NCBI RefSeq assembly: GCF_004010195.1
Contig: NC_057719.1
Coordinates: forward strand, 17,656,165 to 17,720,164
From: Chiloscyllium plagiosum
Lineage: Eukaryota
DNA: 64,000 nucleotides
Direction: 5' to 3'
Shown here: positions 62,500-64,000 of the stretch, in pieces
Numbering within the stretch: the stretch's first letter is position 1
Layout: each line of letters opens with the position of its first letter
The notes under the pieces: model-generated
What the model was told of the DNA's origin: nothing
What the model saw: the letters and a program-made list of their open reading frames with translations, nothing else
Database searches by the model: none
Position numbers and translations under genes: made by a program

Positions 62500-63700
62500 T
62501 TTCACCCTGTGCTCACCTTCACTTGATCCATTTCTGACTCCTTCCTTCCTTCCCTGCCTTGATAACTGTTTCCATTTTGGGGAGGGGGGGGGGGGGNNNN
62601 NNNNNNNNNNNNNNNNNCCAAACTCCCATGATTACCTAGACGGGGGCTTCCGAAATGTCCACCTTCTTCCTCAACTGAGAATTCCCCACCACCATGGTTA
62701 CCAGGTTAACTCAGTCCTGCCTGATCCATCTCCAACACTTCTTTCCTCATCCCTTGTTTTTCCTCCCATACAGCAATTGCCCCCCCTCCCCCGTCCTTCC
62801 TTACCCTCACATCCAAAGGATCATTAGCTACCATTTTTGTAATTCCAGCAGGATGCCACAAACAGACATATATTCTCCTCCCCTCCCTTGTTAGCTTTCC
62901 CCAGGGACCGTTCCCTTCAGGAAACCCTGATCCACTCCTCCTCCATTCTCAACACTTTCCTCACACCTCCATGAAATCGCAGGTGTATTACCTGCCTGTT
63001 TACTTACTCCCTACTCATTATCCAAGCCCTCATACACACCTCTCTCTTTGGTCTAAGCTTTTGAACATTTGCTCTTCTGTCTCCTTACATGGTGAAGCAC
63101 TAATTTACCTCTACTTCACCAACCTAATCTACTGATTCACTGTTCACAATGTGGTGCCCTCTACACTGGGGAGATGAAATGTAAACTGGGTGACCACTTT
63201 TCAGAACACCTATGTTCTGCCTGCAAACATCACCCTGAGTTTCCAGTTGCCAACTCAACATATCATGTTCCCTGGTCAATATCTCTGTCTCAGACTTGTT
63301 GCAGTGCGCCAGCAAAGCTCAGCATAACATTTTCCACTTGGATACACTGCAGCATTCGAGTTCAACAATTTCAAGGTCTGAGCGCCTTCTCCTGTGTCCT
63401 TACCCCAACCCCTTCACTCATCACTTCGGCTGCTACCATAACCAACCCATTGTCAGCCACTAATGGTCCCAATTAGCAGCTATTCATTCTCCCAGGCTGA
63501 CCTTTACCCATTCCTTTGTTCTCTCTGGGCTTCATCTCCACCTATCGTTTACTCACCACCACCCCTTCACCATATCTCCCCTTTTCCTAGCTACCATCAG
63601 TTCTGAAAAACGGTTACTGGACCCAAAATGTTTACTCTGCTTTCTGTCCCCAAATGTTGCCAGACCTGCGGAGATTCCCCCAGCAATACTGATTTTGTAG
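62500..63700 (+). mobile_element. Degenerate Penelope-like element inserted in L-B
   Basis: NLIY*FTVHNVVP/YTGEMKCKLGDHFSEHL GIY-YIG remnant (~63120-63260); terminal short repeat at ~63590-63700. Confidence 0.75.
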
Positions 63701-64000
63701 CCTCTCCTTTTTCCTTTCTAAGATGTATTTTAACACTGTGCTTGTTGCAGTGGCTGATGAAGAGGCAGTGATCACAAGTCACAACCTAGGACTGCAAGAA
63801 CCCAAGCTGGATAGCTTTTCCTTACTAAATGTTTGATGAATATAAACATTTAGCAAATGTTTGCATAATACCACAGACATGGCAAGGAACAATTTTGACA
63901 AGAATATCCTGACACAAGAGTAAATACATGGATCAAAACAGCAAATAGGGCTTATTCCTTTCACATTTATTCTACTGATCCTATTTACTTTCCTTAGACT

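Larger units (their letters stand above)
58420..64000 (-). pseudogene. L: Endogenous paramyxovirus-like L gene, copy L-B (about aa 1085 to near the C-terminus: capping, connector, methyltransferase, CTD); runs off the window edge
   Basis: FD..Y..V..LSK and SVVL..IHQTF (63826-63940) vs YD..Y..L..LRK and SVEL..IHLTY; CDHC; HR motif NVHRVK (~62100-62116); ISND (61926-61937); LQFDP; VPSRKKN; IKSVFPS (~60700) vs IKVFPS; LRSSSISST vs LRLFGINST; LSIWEDG* (59498-59521, decayed GxGxG); ELNV; SSIG; AKIMP; NPNST; KAKTKE vs KAKAHE. Confidence 0.85.

Overview
Eukaryotic genomic DNA with four N gaps. The repeats (CR1 LINEs, tRNA-derived CR1-tailed SINEs, Penelope/GIY-YIG elements, ttaga/atagaac tails) point to a cartilaginous fish, probably a carpet shark; this is an inference. 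I found no convincing host gene. Main result: once the transposons are removed, almost all remaining unique sequence across the 64 kb translates, with many stops and frameshifts, into collinear fragments of paramyxovirus proteins. I count about 18 decayed gene copies: 3 L, 7 M, 4 F, 2 P, 1 N and 1 HN/attachment. Several lie in native viral order (P-M-F-HN, N-P-M, and M-F three more times), and blocks are joined head-to-head or tail-to-tail with no obvious host spacer. The window therefore looks like a very old, TE-shattered mega-cluster of endogenous paramyxovirus elements that probably continues past at least the right edge. All viral matches were made by eye against my recollection of Sendai, measles, Nipah, NDV and PIV5 proteins. 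No alignment or database search was run, and boundaries are approximate (about +/-50 bp).
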